DNA of 64,000 nt from Ferroacidibacillus organovorans (GCF_001642725.1 NZ_LSUQ01000001.1:1-64000), one strand, 5' to 3'; shown: positions 30,416 through 42,818, counted from the first letter of the stretch. Made by a program: numbers and translations. The notes: generated by a model not told the origin, from the sequence alone.

Positions 30416-30978
30416 GCAAACGCGATCTGCCAAAAATCCGCTTTCTTTTTTAACAGATGATCTACATCGTCAGGTGAGAGTCCGCTCACAACGAGTGTGA
30501 CCTCGCGGGAGGTGCGCTTGATCTCGTGAAGGACGGCCGTCCCGAGATGTGATCTGTCGAGACCGTCGGCGACGCGCAGGCATGCGCAACAGGCGAGCAG
30601 GTCGCGCGCTCTGCCAATTTTGTCGATCCAAGAAGGTTTAACGCTGCGCCTGTGATAGAAACACAATGTTGCGACATCCTCTTTGAGTGTCGCATCCCAC
30701 GTGGCCGTCTCGCGCGCGTGTCGGACGATGTAGCGGGAGTGCTTGTGATGGTTTCGCGAATTTATGGAATGCCCCACATCATGGAGATAGCCAGCCAATT
30801 CGAGTGTTAATTGGGCGGCTTGCTGCGCCGCTTCGCCACGCATGCCGAGATAGAGCGTTTGCGCGAACGAGGCGACGCGCATGCAGTGCGCGCGATCGGT
30901 TTGAAAATGGTTCATCGCGCGCAGCGCGTCATGTTTGTATTTTGCGAGTGACAGAGCGACCGAAGTGGGATCTTTCAT
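30379..30978 (-). CDS. Stand-alone HD-domain protein resembling the Ppx/GppA C-terminal module
   Basis: H...LHDVG....HHKHS...YHRR...LRVADGLDRSH. Confidence 0.85.
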   Translation of the reverse strand: MKDPTSVALSLAKYKHDALRAMNHFQTDRAHCMRVASFAQTLYLGMRGEAAQQAAQLTLELAGYLHDVGHSINSRNHHKHSRYIVRHARETATWDATLKEDVATLCFYHRRSVKPSWIDKIGRARDLLACCACLRVADGLDRSHLGTAVLHEIKRTSREVTLVVSGLSPDDVDHLLKKKADFWQIAFAQKLTLHLRDAT

Positions 30979-31673
30979 TTGCGAATCAGGCGTGAGACGT
31001 GCGTGCGCAGGGTCTCCTGCACCTCTTCAATCGCGCGTGTGCCGTCAAGTGTAACAAAATGATAGTCTTCTGCCAGTTCTTCAAACTGCTGTGCGCAAAG
31101 AGACTGATAGCGATGAAAGCTTTCAAACATGTCCGTCGACAAAGAGAGGTCCATGCCAGATTCCCAGTAATCGAGAACGCCGCGTTTTTGAAAATGGCGA
31201 TGCAGCAACACTTCGGGTGTCATATGCAAATAAAACGTGAGATCCGGAATGCGCGCAAAGCCAAACAGCTCTTCTAGCCAGTCAGGATCGGCGCCACGCA
31301 CGGCGTCGCGAACCATCAGCGTAAATATGTAACGATCCGCAAGCACGATAAATCCTGCCCGAAGCGCCGGAATGATCTTGTTTTCCAATTGATCTGCAAA
31401 ATCGGTCGCGTAAAGCAGGCTGAGTGTCGTCTTGCCAAGGACATTGCCCTCTTTTGCTTGATCGATAACACCGCTGACGAGGGTGGAACGCTTGATCCCT
31501 GTGTCCATGACCGCGTGTCCTTCATACTCGAGCCACTGTTTTAATAAAAATGCCTGGGTCGATCGCCCTGAACAGTCGGCGCCTTCGATCACAATCAGCT
31601 TTCCGGCGTACGTCTCATCCTTCAGATAGGGGAGACCTGCGCCGTAGTAGGTTTTCTTCGACTCATCCATCAC
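30975..31673 (-). CDS. Thymidylate-kinase-fold protein B with a degenerate P-loop (candidate PPK3-type partner subunit)
   Basis: IVIEGADCSGRST (Lys->Arg), LADRY. Confidence 0.8.
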   Translation of the reverse strand: MMDESKKTYYGAGLPYLKDETYAGKLIVIEGADCSGRSTQAFLLKQWLEYEGHAVMDTGIKRSTLVSGVIDQAKEGNVLGKTTLSLLYATDFADQLENKIIPALRAGFIVLADRYIFTLMVRDAVRGADPDWLEELFGFARIPDLTFYLHMTPEVLLHRHFQKRGVLDYWESGMDLSLSTDMFESFHRYQSLCAQQFEELAEDYHFVTLDGTRAIEEVQETLRTHVSRLIRK

Positions 31674-31696
31674 CGTAGCGCTCCTCTCGTCTTTGC

Positions 31697-32404
31697 TTAT
31701 CGCGTGGTTAAATGATAGGGAAGTTCATAATCCGTCAGATGCTTCTCGACGATCTCGCGCACGATGCGCTGTTGTTCTTCAATCGGTTTTGTCGCGTCGA
31801 CGACCGTAAAATGCTCCTCATCGATCATCGCGTCATAGTGATCCTTGATTTTTCCCTGAAACAACTTGAAGCTCTCGATGGGGTCGGTCGAGAGACCGAG
31901 ATCGAGACCCGCCTCATGGTATTTTAACTGTGGACGCCCACTCAAGATGCGATCGAGCGAAACGGCGAGCGGTGTCTGGAAATAAAAGCTGACCGTTGGT
32001 TTGACCGCGAATCCATACATGTTCTTTACCCAGTCCGGGTCACACCCGCGCGCCATGTCACGCGCATACGCGGTGTATACATAGCGGTCAGCAAGGACGA
32101 TGTAACCTGCGCGCAAATAGGGTAGCATCATCTTTTCATAACGGTCGGCAAAATCGCACGCGTGAATCAGACTGAACGTCGTTGGCGTCAACAAATTCTT
32201 TTTCTTCGCCTTTTTATTCGCCGATTTGATGAGTTCACTGGAATTCCACTCTGTAAAAAAGACAGGGTATCCGCGGTCTTCGAGCCAACGTTTCAACAAG
32301 TAAATTTGCGTGCTTTTTCCTGAGCCGTCGTTTCCTTCTACAATAAAAAGTCTCCCCGGATAATGCATGCTGCGGCCGAGTCCACGTGCTTTTTTTAGTC
32401 GCAT
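31697..32404 (-). CDS. Thymidylate-kinase-fold protein A with an intact P-loop (candidate PPK3-type catalytic subunit)
   Basis: FIVEGNDGSGKSTQ, TEWNSS, LADRY; AAGGAG SD. Confidence 0.8.
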   Translation of the reverse strand: MRLKKARGLGRSMHYPGRLFIVEGNDGSGKSTQIYLLKRWLEDRGYPVFFTEWNSSELIKSANKKAKKKNLLTPTTFSLIHACDFADRYEKMMLPYLRAGYIVLADRYVYTAYARDMARGCDPDWVKNMYGFAVKPTVSFYFQTPLAVSLDRILSGRPQLKYHEAGLDLGLSTDPIESFKLFQGKIKDHYDAMIDEEHFTVVDATKPIEEQQRIVREIVEKHLTDYELPYHLTTR

Positions 32405-32408
32405 ATCG

Positions 32409-33914
32409 TTACGGTGCTCCTTTTTCTGATGAGATGGAAAGCGGGAATCCAAACGCTTTGCGAAAGAGTGGAAGCAAATCATTTGCCGCCTGATACTCAA
32501 GATCGCCTTCGTCCGCGTGCACGTAAAGGACAGCCTGTTTCTTTTCGGTCTTCAGTCGAACCGCCGAAACGCGCTTTTCGTGGCGGCGATCAAGCGCTTC
32601 GGCAAGGCGGACAATCACGCCGATTTTTGTGATTTCTGTAAGATCGTCTTCACTGAGCAAAGTGCGAAACGGCGCACACTGCTTCCGTGTCCTGTTGCGT
32701 CCCTTGTAGGAGGCGGCTGCCGCGACCATCAACAGTTCGCGATGCGTAAGTCCATAAAGGGTGCCGTTTAAGATCAAATAAAAGGTGTGGCGGTCAAAAT
32801 CATAATAGTGAATGTGAATCCCGACACGATGGAGCATAGCGGCCGCATAGAGCAGGTGGAGCCGCGCAGGATCAAGATCACCTCGCTCGCAAAGCGGCGT
32901 TGCAATGGCGAGTGCCAAGTGTGTCACGGTTTTTGCGTGATCGATTGGAACGCGACAGCGTTCGAGCAGATTGTGGACGCTTGTCTCAAGAACGCCTTCG
33001 GTAAGCAGACCGTTGTCAGTGCCTAAGACGCGTGTAAAAAATGTCCCGTCGCGCAGCCCGCGGCCGCTGATGCGCAGCACGGAGGACGCGGTATAGCGCA
33101 TGAGGCTGAGGAGAATCATACCGCCGGGAACGATCAGATCGGCGCGGTCTTTAGAGAGTCCCTCCACCTTTTTGCGCCGGGCGAGCGGTATGTCACCCAG
33201 GTAGGCAACCGTTTCCTCGACATCTGTTTGCTGCATGAAATAATTATGCGTAAGCGCGAGGGGGTAGCCGCTGAGTCCTTGGTGGACGCGCGCAATCGTG
33301 CGGATGGTGCCGCCGATCCCGATCAGTTCCATGTTCTTCGCCTGCGTGAGTAGTTCCACCTGCGGGAAAAGGGTTTGGATGCGCTGCATCATTTGCTCGC
33401 GAGACAGTTGACCTAGATCGCGATTCGCGGTGACTGCGCCAATGGGAAAGGAGTGTGACGCGATAGCCGCTCCGCTCCTGACAAGGGTGACTTCGGTGCT
33501 GCCGCCGCCAATGTCGACGAGCAGCGCATCACAAAGCTTCATGGTGTTGGCCACCGCGCTAAAACCGAGCGCGGCTTCTTCGACGCCAGGGATGACTTCG
33601 ACGTGAATCCCGGTCTCGCGCTCAATGCGCTCGACGATCTCTGCGCGGTTCTTGGCTGCACGTAAAGCGGCGGTTCCCACGGCTTCGATGCGTGTGGCGT
33701 GGTGGGCGCGGCAAAGTCCGATGAAACCTTGTAGTTTCTCGATCAGGTCGCGAATGGCATCCTCTGCGATCGCTCCATCACGCTTGATCTGTTGGCTGAG
33801 TCGCGGAGATGCCTTCTGTTCATCAAGCACGTAATAGGCGCCACTTTGCAAGGAAGCAATGATCGAGAGACGCATGGAGTTTGAACCGATATCAATGATC
33901 CCGGTAACGTTCAC
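32409..33914 (-). CDS. ppx: Ppx/GppA exopolyphosphatase with a degenerate HD-like C-terminus
   Basis: IDIGSNSMRL, GTAALR, EEA, DIGGGSTE, GIGGT, RADLI, GLRDG; AAGGAG SD before GTG 33914. Confidence 0.92.
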   Translation of the reverse strand: MNVTGIIDIGSNSMRLSIIASLQSGAYYVLDEQKASPRLSQQIKRDGAIAEDAIRDLIEKLQGFIGLCRAHHATRIEAVGTAALRAAKNRAEIVERIERETGIHVEVIPGVEEAALGFSAVANTMKLCDALLVDIGGGSTEVTLVRSGAAIASHSFPIGAVTANRDLGQLSREQMMQRIQTLFPQVELLTQAKNMELIGIGGTIRTIARVHQGLSGYPLALTHNYFMQQTDVEETVAYLGDIPLARRKKVEGLSKDRADLIVPGGMILLSLMRYTASSVLRISGRGLRDGTFFTRVLGTDNGLLTEGVLETSVHNLLERCRVPIDHAKTVTHLALAIATPLCERGDLDPARLHLLYAAAMLHRVGIHIHYYDFDRHTFYLILNGTLYGLTHRELLMVAAAASYKGRNRTRKQCAPFRTLLSEDDLTEITKIGVIVRLAEALDRRHEKRVSAVRLKTEKKQAVLYVHADEGDLEYQAANDLLPLFRKAFGFPLSISSEKGAP

Positions 33915-33992
33915 AGATGCACTCCTTGCATAGAGAGATTTCAAAGGGATTTCACGGATCAACCCGTGCGTGCGCGCGAGGCGCACATGGCG

Positions 33993-34089
33993 GTTCGTGT
34001 AACGCAGAGCGTTCGTGTAACGCAGAGCGTTCGTGTAACGCAGAGCGTTCGTGTAACGCAGAGCGTTCGTGTAACGCAGAGCGTTCGTG
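33993..34089. repeat. Perfect tandem repeat of the 18-bp unit GTTCGTGTAACGCAGAGC, 5 copies plus a 7-nt partial
   Basis: Read directly from the sequence; units are contiguous with no spacers. Confidence 0.97.
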
Positions 34090-34180
34090 ACACGCGGCAC
34101 ACGTTTTCTGTAGTATAGAGTTTGTCCTCGTGAAGAGCAAAACGGGTGACGATTGGGAAAGAAAAAAAGCAGGTGAGATT

Positions 34181-34477
34181 GTGACGAAACGGTTTACCAT
34201 CGATGATGTTGCGGGGATGTTTCAGGTGCGCAAAGAAGACGTGCGGGTGGCACTCGTTCGTCTCCAAGAAATGCGTTCGCTGTCCGCTGAAACCTTTTTT
34301 TATGCGGGAGAGGCTGCGCGGATTGCGCCGTCTGATCTTGATCGCATTCGGCGAGAACTCGGTGCATTAAAAGAGGCGCCCATAAAAGACGAAACCGCGT
34401 CCCAGCGGGGGACGCGGCGTATCATTCGAAAAACCGTGCGGCTTGCCGCAGAGGAAGATTCACCCCCCGACGCCTGA
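34181..34477 (+). CDS. Small protein with an N-terminal MerR/excisionase-like HTH signature
   Basis: FTIDDVAGMFQVRKEDVR; AGGTGA SD before GTG 34181; basic C-terminal tail. Confidence 0.6.
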   Translation: MTKRFTIDDVAGMFQVRKEDVRVALVRLQEMRSLSAETFFYAGEAARIAPSDLDRIRRELGALKEAPIKDETASQRGTRRIIRKTVRLAAEEDSPPDA

Positions 34478-35770
34478 GAGAATTGCGGAGACGTCGCTCG
34501 CATTGCCGAGCCCCAATTGCCAGATTGCGACACCGCCGTATCCGGCAGCGGTTGTCATGGCGGCGCGTTCGCGCAGAGAGCTTGTCGTCTCAAGCCACAT
34601 CCACTGGGTTTGCGCGCCGACGTGAAACGTGTCGACGGTAAGCCCTGATGTCGGGTCATTTCGCAGCGATGCGGGGTGACTGTTTTTTATGCTCGCTTCC
34701 TGCGACAGGGAGAGCGCTGTGGAAGAAAAATTGCCAGGACTGCCAGACCACAGCCTCGTATAAAACGGGATGCCCGCGAGAATCTTTGCCTTTGGCACAC
34801 CCCCTTGTGCGGTTTTTTGAAGTTCTTGCATCATCCAGGGGATGCCTGCCACTGGTCCTGAAAATGGGTCACCCGCGTAGTATTGATCGTAGGTCATCAC
34901 GACCAAGTTGTCGGCGATGGCGGCGAGGGCTGGACGGTTGTAGACGAGGCCCCAGTTCGGGTCGCTTGAAGGAACGGACACGTCAACACTGATCGTTTTT
35001 CCCATGGCGTGAAGGAGTGTCGCCAGATTTTTTGTCAATTGGGTGAGGCGTGGCGAATCAGATGGAATCATATCCTCAAAGTCGAGGTTGATGCCATCCA
35101 CGTGGTCTCGGGCGACGTCAGCGAGGATGGTCGAGAGGAAATTCGCCTGTGCGGTCGGACTCTCAAGAAGTGCTGTGGTACGCGCCGGATTGAAACCTGA
35201 ATCGACAATTGGCCATACCTGTTCTCCGTGCGCGTGCGCAATCTGCACCGCTTGGGCCGAGAGTTGGTCAGAGACTGTGCCGTTTTGTGAAGTTACATTA
35301 TAAACCATCGGCGCATAGACGGAGATCGGATAACCGGCGCTTCCGGTGTCTGTCAGTGCATACGGATCGTCGAAACCGAGCACAATTTCTCCATTGATTT
35401 TATTCACAGGCTGTATGATTCCGGTTTTGACGGTAAATAAACGGGCGTCAGAAAGCGGAGCCGTGACCGTCTGACCCGCGTTTTGAAACGAAAAGGTTTG
35501 CGCGGTCGTCGCTGTGACACTCACGAGCGTATTGGTTTGTATGGCCGGCGCGTTTTGTAAACGACTCGTGATGAGCGCGTATGTAACGTTTGGCGGCGCA
35601 TCTGGCGCGACGGTTGCTTTTTGCATCTGGCGGGCTGTCGTGTCAATCGTGCGCGTGGGAAGCGCACGGGCGCTTTCAATGAATGAATACGCGCGTGTAG
35701 AGGTAGAGACGGCGAGCAGCAGAGTAAGGGTGATCACACCCGATAGGCGATAGATGAGCTTATCGTTCAT
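34460..35770 (-). CDS. Secreted GH18 glycoside hydrolase (chitinase/spore peptidoglycan hydrolase-like)
   Basis: Signal peptide, DGINLDFE catalytic motif, MTYD, GIPFY, GVAIWQLG. Confidence 0.88.
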   Translation of the reverse strand: MNDKLIYRLSGVITLTLLLAVSTSTRAYSFIESARALPTRTIDTTARQMQKATVAPDAPPNVTYALITSRLQNAPAIQTNTLVSVTATTAQTFSFQNAGQTVTAPLSDARLFTVKTGIIQPVNKINGEIVLGFDDPYALTDTGSAGYPISVYAPMVYNVTSQNGTVSDQLSAQAVQIAHAHGEQVWPIVDSGFNPARTTALLESPTAQANFLSTILADVARDHVDGINLDFEDMIPSDSPRLTQLTKNLATLLHAMGKTISVDVSVPSSDPNWGLVYNRPALAAIADNLVVMTYDQYYAGDPFSGPVAGIPWMMQELQKTAQGGVPKAKILAGIPFYTRLWSGSPGNFSSTALSLSQEASIKNSHPASLRNDPTSGLTVDTFHVGAQTQWMWLETTSSLRERAAMTTAAGYGGVAIWQLGLGNASDVSAILSGVGG

Positions 35771-35946
35771 AGTGTCTCCCTTTTTCGTCTATGAAGGAAT
35801 GCGCATAATCTCGCAGAAATCCTTTCGTTGCTAGTGTACGAGCCAATGGAAGACGTGCCAACACGCAAGATCTGGAAACGGTGCGCTAGACATGGCGGAT
35901 CGCGAGCGTGTACGATAGACGCATGGCGATAAAGGGGTGATGATCG

Positions 35947-36246
35947 ATGGTGACCGAAGAAGCGATCTATGAGCAATTAAAAGATGTGCTCGACCCGGAG
36001 ATCCAGATCGATGTGGTCAATCTGGGCATGATCTATGGCGTAAAGATTGAAGAAGAGAAGGTCACAGTAAGAATGACCCTGACGACGATGGGGTGTCCTG
36101 CAATGGAAGAACTGCAGGGGGATGTCGTGCGTAAAGTAAAGGAGCTCGGTGTTCCTGAAGTTGAGATCGATTTGACGTTTGATCCACCGTGGAACAAGGA
36201 CATGATGTCGGATGAAGCGAAAACGGTGATGCGGTACCTTTTCTAG
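35947..36246 (+). CDS. sufT: SufT/DUF59 Fe-S cluster assembly factor
   Basis: DPEIQIDVVNLGMIY, MTLTTMGCP, FDPPW. Confidence 0.88.
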   Translation: MVTEEAIYEQLKDVLDPEIQIDVVNLGMIYGVKIEEEKVTVRMTLTTMGCPAMEELQGDVVRKVKELGVPEVEIDLTFDPPWNKDMMSDEAKTVMRYLF

Positions 36247-36257
36247 ACGCACCGCTC

Positions 36258-36295
36258 AAAAGCCCTGCCACACGGATTGCGTGGCAGGGCTTTTT
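36258..36295 (+). terminator. Intrinsic terminator after sufT
   Basis: AAAAGCCCTGCCAC...GTGGCAGGGCTTTTT. Confidence 0.85.
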
Positions 36296-36384
36296 GACAA
36301 TTTCTAGACATTCGATGCAGGTGTGCGTTTGCCAGCTTTCAGAGGAGACTGTGATCTTGCAATTTTGTGTGGGTGTGATAGCAT

Positions 36385-36409
36385 AAACATGACTAAATTA
36401 GTCGACTTT
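36385..36409. promoter_or_regulatory. IscR type-1-like Rrf2 operator at the suf promoter
   Basis: AAACATGACTAAATTAGTCGACTTT matches ATASYYGACTRWWWYAGTCRRSTAT at 22/25; lies just downstream of TTGCAA-N16-TAGCAT. Confidence 0.75.
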
Positions 36410-36457
36410 AAACAAGATATCGCGTCGCAATGGTTGCGTGTACAGGGGGATGGTTAC

Positions 36458-37246
36458 ATGGCTTCAGTGCCTGAGTTGAAAATTAATGAATTGCGCGCCT
36501 CAGTAGAGGGCAAAGAGATTTTGAAAGGGGTCAATCTCACGGTGCGCGGTGGCGAAGTCCACGCGATCATGGGCCCAAACGGTACGGGAAAAAGTACGCT
36601 TGCTTCTTCTTTGATGGGGCATCCAAAATACGAAGTGACGAGCGGCACGGTCTCATTAGATGGCGAAGATCTGCTTGAGATGAGCGTTGATGAGCGCGCG
36701 CGAAATGGCCTGTTTCTCGCGATGCAGTATCCCAGCGAGATTGCGGGTGTGAGCAACGCAAACTTTATGCGCATGGCGCTAAATGCCAAACGTGGAGAGG
36801 GTAACGAGATACCCGTTCTCAAGTTTCATCGCGAACTGCAAAATAAAATGAAATCGCTCAGCATCGATACAGCATTTGCCGAACGCTATCTCAATGAAGG
36901 TTTCTCAGGCGGCGAGAAAAAGCGCAATGAGATTCTTCAGATGTCCGTTCTTGAACCGCGGATCGCGATTCTTGACGAGATCGACTCAGGGCTTGACATC
37001 GATGCACTGCGCATCGTCGCAGACGGTGTAAACGCCTTGCGCGGACCTGCATTTGGCCTTTTGATCATCACGCACTACCAACGTCTTTTACAGTACATCG
37101 TGCCGGATCACGTGCATGTCATGATGCAGGGGCGCATTGTTCGCTCCGGAACGCGCGAACTTGCGGAAGAACTCGAGGCGCGCGGCTACGACTGGCTTAA
37201 AGATGAACTGGGCATCGAAGATGAGACCGAATCGGTGAATGTGTAA
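36458..37246 (+). CDS. sufC: Fe-S cluster assembly ATPase SufC
   Basis: MGPNGTGKST, FLAMQYP, NEGFSGGEKKRNE, LDEIDSGLD. Confidence 0.97.
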   Translation: MASVPELKINELRASVEGKEILKGVNLTVRGGEVHAIMGPNGTGKSTLASSLMGHPKYEVTSGTVSLDGEDLLEMSVDERARNGLFLAMQYPSEIAGVSNANFMRMALNAKRGEGNEIPVLKFHRELQNKMKSLSIDTAFAERYLNEGFSGGEKKRNEILQMSVLEPRIAILDEIDSGLDIDALRIVADGVNALRGPAFGLLIITHYQRLLQYIVPDHVHVMMQGRIVRSGTRELAEELEARGYDWLKDELGIEDETESVNV

Positions 37247-37249
37247 GGG

Positions 37250-40179
<2,930 letters not shown>

Positions 40180-40251
40180 GCGAAAATCCGAATACGTGAC
40201 GAACTAACTGATGAAGTGCAAGTAAGGAGTTTCACACTAGGAGGGGTTACG

Positions 40252-41649
40252 ATGAGTCAGAAGGTGCCGGAGCTCTCTGAGTACCAATACGGTTTTATCG
40301 ATAAGGATGTTTCGGTCGTCCGTTTTAACAAGGGGCTTAGCAAGAAAGTGGTCGAAGAAATTTCGTCGATGAAGAACGAACCGGGGTGGATGACCGATTT
40401 TCGGTTGCGTTCTCTTGAGATTTTTAACAATAAGCCGATGCCCAACTGGGGTGGAGATCTCGGGTCGCTTGATTTTGACGAGATCACGTACTATGTGAAG
40501 CCGTCCGAACGTCAAGGAAAAACGTGGGAGGAAGTCCCTGAAGAGATCAAGAACACGTTTGATCGCTTGGGAATTCCTGAGGCGGAGCGCAAGTTTTTAG
40601 CGGGCGTCTCAGCGCAGTACGAGTCAGAAGTTGTGTATCACTCGATGCAAAAGGAACTCTCTGATCTGGGAGTCATTTTCACGGATACCGACTCGGCGCT
40701 GCGCGATCATCCGGAAATTTTCAAATCCTACTTCGGCACGATCATCCCACCGGAGGATAACAAGTTTGCGGCGCTCAACTCGGCGGTCTGGAGTGGTGGT
40801 AGTTTCATCTATATTCCAAAAGGTGTGCGCTGTGAGGTTCCACTTCAAGCGTATTTCCGCATCAACTCCGAGAATATGGGACAGTTTGAGCGGACGTTGA
40901 TCATTGCGGATGACGACAGTTTTGTGCACTACGTCGAGGGGTGCACCGCGCCGATTTACAGCACGAACTCGTTGCATAGCGCAGTCGTTGAAATTATTGT
41001 GAAAGATCGCGCGCGGGCGCGCTACACGACGATTCAAAACTGGGCGCCGAACATCTACAATCTCGTCACGAAGCGGGCGGTCGCGTATGAAGACGCGACG
41101 ATGGAGTGGATTGACGGAAATATCGGATCGAAACTGACGATGAAGTACCCGGCAATCTACATGCTCGGGCCGCGCGCCAAAGGGACGGTGCTCTCGATTG
41201 CGGTGGCAGGCGCCGGGCAGCATCAGGATGCAGGGGCGAAGGTTGTTCACGCCGCGCCTGACTGCACGTCGACAATCATCTCAAAATCGATCAGCAAGCA
41301 CGGTGGAAAGACAACGTACCGCGGTTTGGCACACTTTTCTCCGGATGCTGACCGATCCAAATCAAATATTAAGTGTGATACGCTGATTCTTGACAAGGAG
41401 TCGACGTCTGACACGATTCCATACAACGAGATTTTGAATGAGTCAGTAACGCTTGAACATGAAGCAACCGTCTCCCGTGTCAGTGAGGAACAACTCTTTT
41501 ATTTGAGAAGTCGGGGAATTCCAGAAGAAGAGGCAACGCGGATGATCGTCATGGGCTTTATTGAACCGTTTACGAAGGAACTGCCGATGGAGTACGCGGT
41601 GGAGATGAATCGTCTCATTAAATTTGAGATGGAAGGTTCGATCGGTTAA
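40252..41649 (+). CDS. sufB: Fe-S cluster assembly protein SufB
   Basis: [30 protein letters not shown]. Confidence 0.97.
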   Translation: MSQKVPELSEYQYGFIDKDVSVVRFNKGLSKKVVEEISSMKNEPGWMTDFRLRSLEIFNNKPMPNWGGDLGSLDFDEITYYVKPSERQGKTWEEVPEEIKNTFDRLGIPEAERKFLAGVSAQYESEVVYHSMQKELSDLGVIFTDTDSALRDHPEIFKSYFGTIIPPEDNKFAALNSAVWSGGSFIYIPKGVRCEVPLQAYFRINSENMGQFERTLIIADDDSFVHYVEGCTAPIYSTNSLHSAVVEIIVKDRARARYTTIQNWAPNIYNLVTKRAVAYEDATMEWIDGNIGSKLTMKYPAIYMLGPRAKGTVLSIAVAGAGQHQDAGAKVVHAAPDCTSTIISKSISKHGGKTTYRGLAHFSPDADRSKSNIKCDTLILDKESTSDTIPYNEILNESVTLEHEATVSRVSEEQLFYLRSRGIPEEEATRMIVMGFIEPFTKELPMEYAVEMNRLIKFEMEGSIG

Positions 41650-41954
41650 TGCGTACAGTGACAGTCAAACCGCTTGAAGAGCTTGAGGTAGGAACGTTCT
41701 GCAAAGTGACGGTGGATCAAAAGGATATCCTTTTGGTGCGTCTTGAGGATGGCGTATTCGCAACGAGTGACGTGTGCACACATGCGCTTGTCAATTTGAG
41801 TGGCGGATGGCTTGAGGGAAACGTCATCTGTTGCCCAAAACACGGAGGGAAGTTCGATGCAAGGACGGGAAAGGCGCTCGCTTTCCCTGCAATTACGGGA
41901 CTCAAGACGTATCGGACATCCGTCGTGGACGGACAGATTGTGCTTGAGGTTTAA
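41649..41954 (+). CDS. Rieske-type ferredoxin
   Basis: CTH...CPKHGGKFD. Confidence 0.92.
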   Translation: MRTVTVKPLEELEVGTFCKVTVDQKDILLVRLEDGVFATSDVCTHALVNLSGGWLEGNVICCPKHGGKFDARTGKALAFPAITGLKTYRTSVVDGQIVLEV

Positions 41955-42028
41955 TGGGTTGTCCGTTTTTTGATTGACGACATCTCTGGTCATGCAGAAA
42001 CACACCCATGGAGCGAGGAGTGAACGGT

Positions 42029-42529
42029 GTGAAAGTGTCCATGAGAACAGAATACGGATTGCGCGCGATCGTGACACTTTGCGATATGTCGGACCGTTCG
42101 GGGCGCGCTGTGCCGCTTCGCGAGATTGCATCGTTTGAAGAGATTCCCGAGGCGTTTCTTGATCAGATATTCGGAACGCTTCGTAAGGAAGGCATCGTTC
42201 AAAGCGTGCGTGGTGCGTCAGGCGGTTATCGATTGGCAAAGCCGGCAGAGGAGATCTCGATGGGGCAGCTCATCCAAATTCTTGAAGGCAACCTTGCCCC
42301 TATGGCGTGTGTGGGAGATGTCGATGCAGTCGCAGAAGAGTTCTGCGTGAAAGCGTCGCGCTGCCATACGCGAAGCGTGTGGCTTCGTCTCTACGAGTCG
42401 ATTTCTATGGCGTTAAACAAGATCTCACTTGCTGAAATCGTGCGGCTTGAGTCGGTTCCGGCCGAGTATTCAAATCGGATGAGTGTCGAAAGCCCCGCCG
42501 CCACAGACGCGTTATCGGCGTCGCATTGA
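42029..42529 (+). CDS. Rrf2-family regulator with three Cys (IscR-like)
   Basis: YGLRA, SVRGASGGYRLA, C-x11-C-x5-C-H; GAGGAG SD before GTG 42029. Confidence 0.88.
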   Translation: MKVSMRTEYGLRAIVTLCDMSDRSGRAVPLREIASFEEIPEAFLDQIFGTLRKEGIVQSVRGASGGYRLAKPAEEISMGQLIQILEGNLAPMACVGDVDAVAEEFCVKASRCHTRSVWLRLYESISMALNKISLAEIVRLESVPAEYSNRMSVESPAATDALSASH

Positions 42530-42616
42530 TTCACGTATCCCAAACTCGCCAATGTTCCCTCGTAGTACAGTTCACACGCGCGCGCTGATACACACTGGGA
42601 CACCTGTGCAGATCTG

Positions 42617-42645
42617 TATAAACCGCCCTAAAGGGCGGTTTATTA
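42617..42645. terminator. Hairpin after the suf operon (probably a bidirectional terminator)
   Basis: ATAAACCGCCCT-AA-AGGGCGGTTTAT. Confidence 0.7.
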
Positions 42646-42818
42646 TACGATTGTGTGTGCGTGTATTACGGACACATGGATAACCCTCGTATACAGTTAC
42701 AATCTTTTTACATATATTTTTCATTCGCTTTAAGTCAAGGGTGTGTTAGCGTAATATTCAAGAAGCGACATGATATTCACGGTCATTCGTACATTTAGCG
42801 CTGTTTTTCACGAAGGCA

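Noticed and set aside
33993..34089. CRISPR array
   Set aside because: Units are 18 bp and contiguous, with no unique spacers and no cas genes in the window.
33915..34100. N-terminal (TNALRY)n extension of Ppx in the ORF track
   Set aside because: It is a by-product of the 18-bp repeat being open in frame; the real start GTG 33914 has an AAGGAG SD just before the conserved IDIGSNS.
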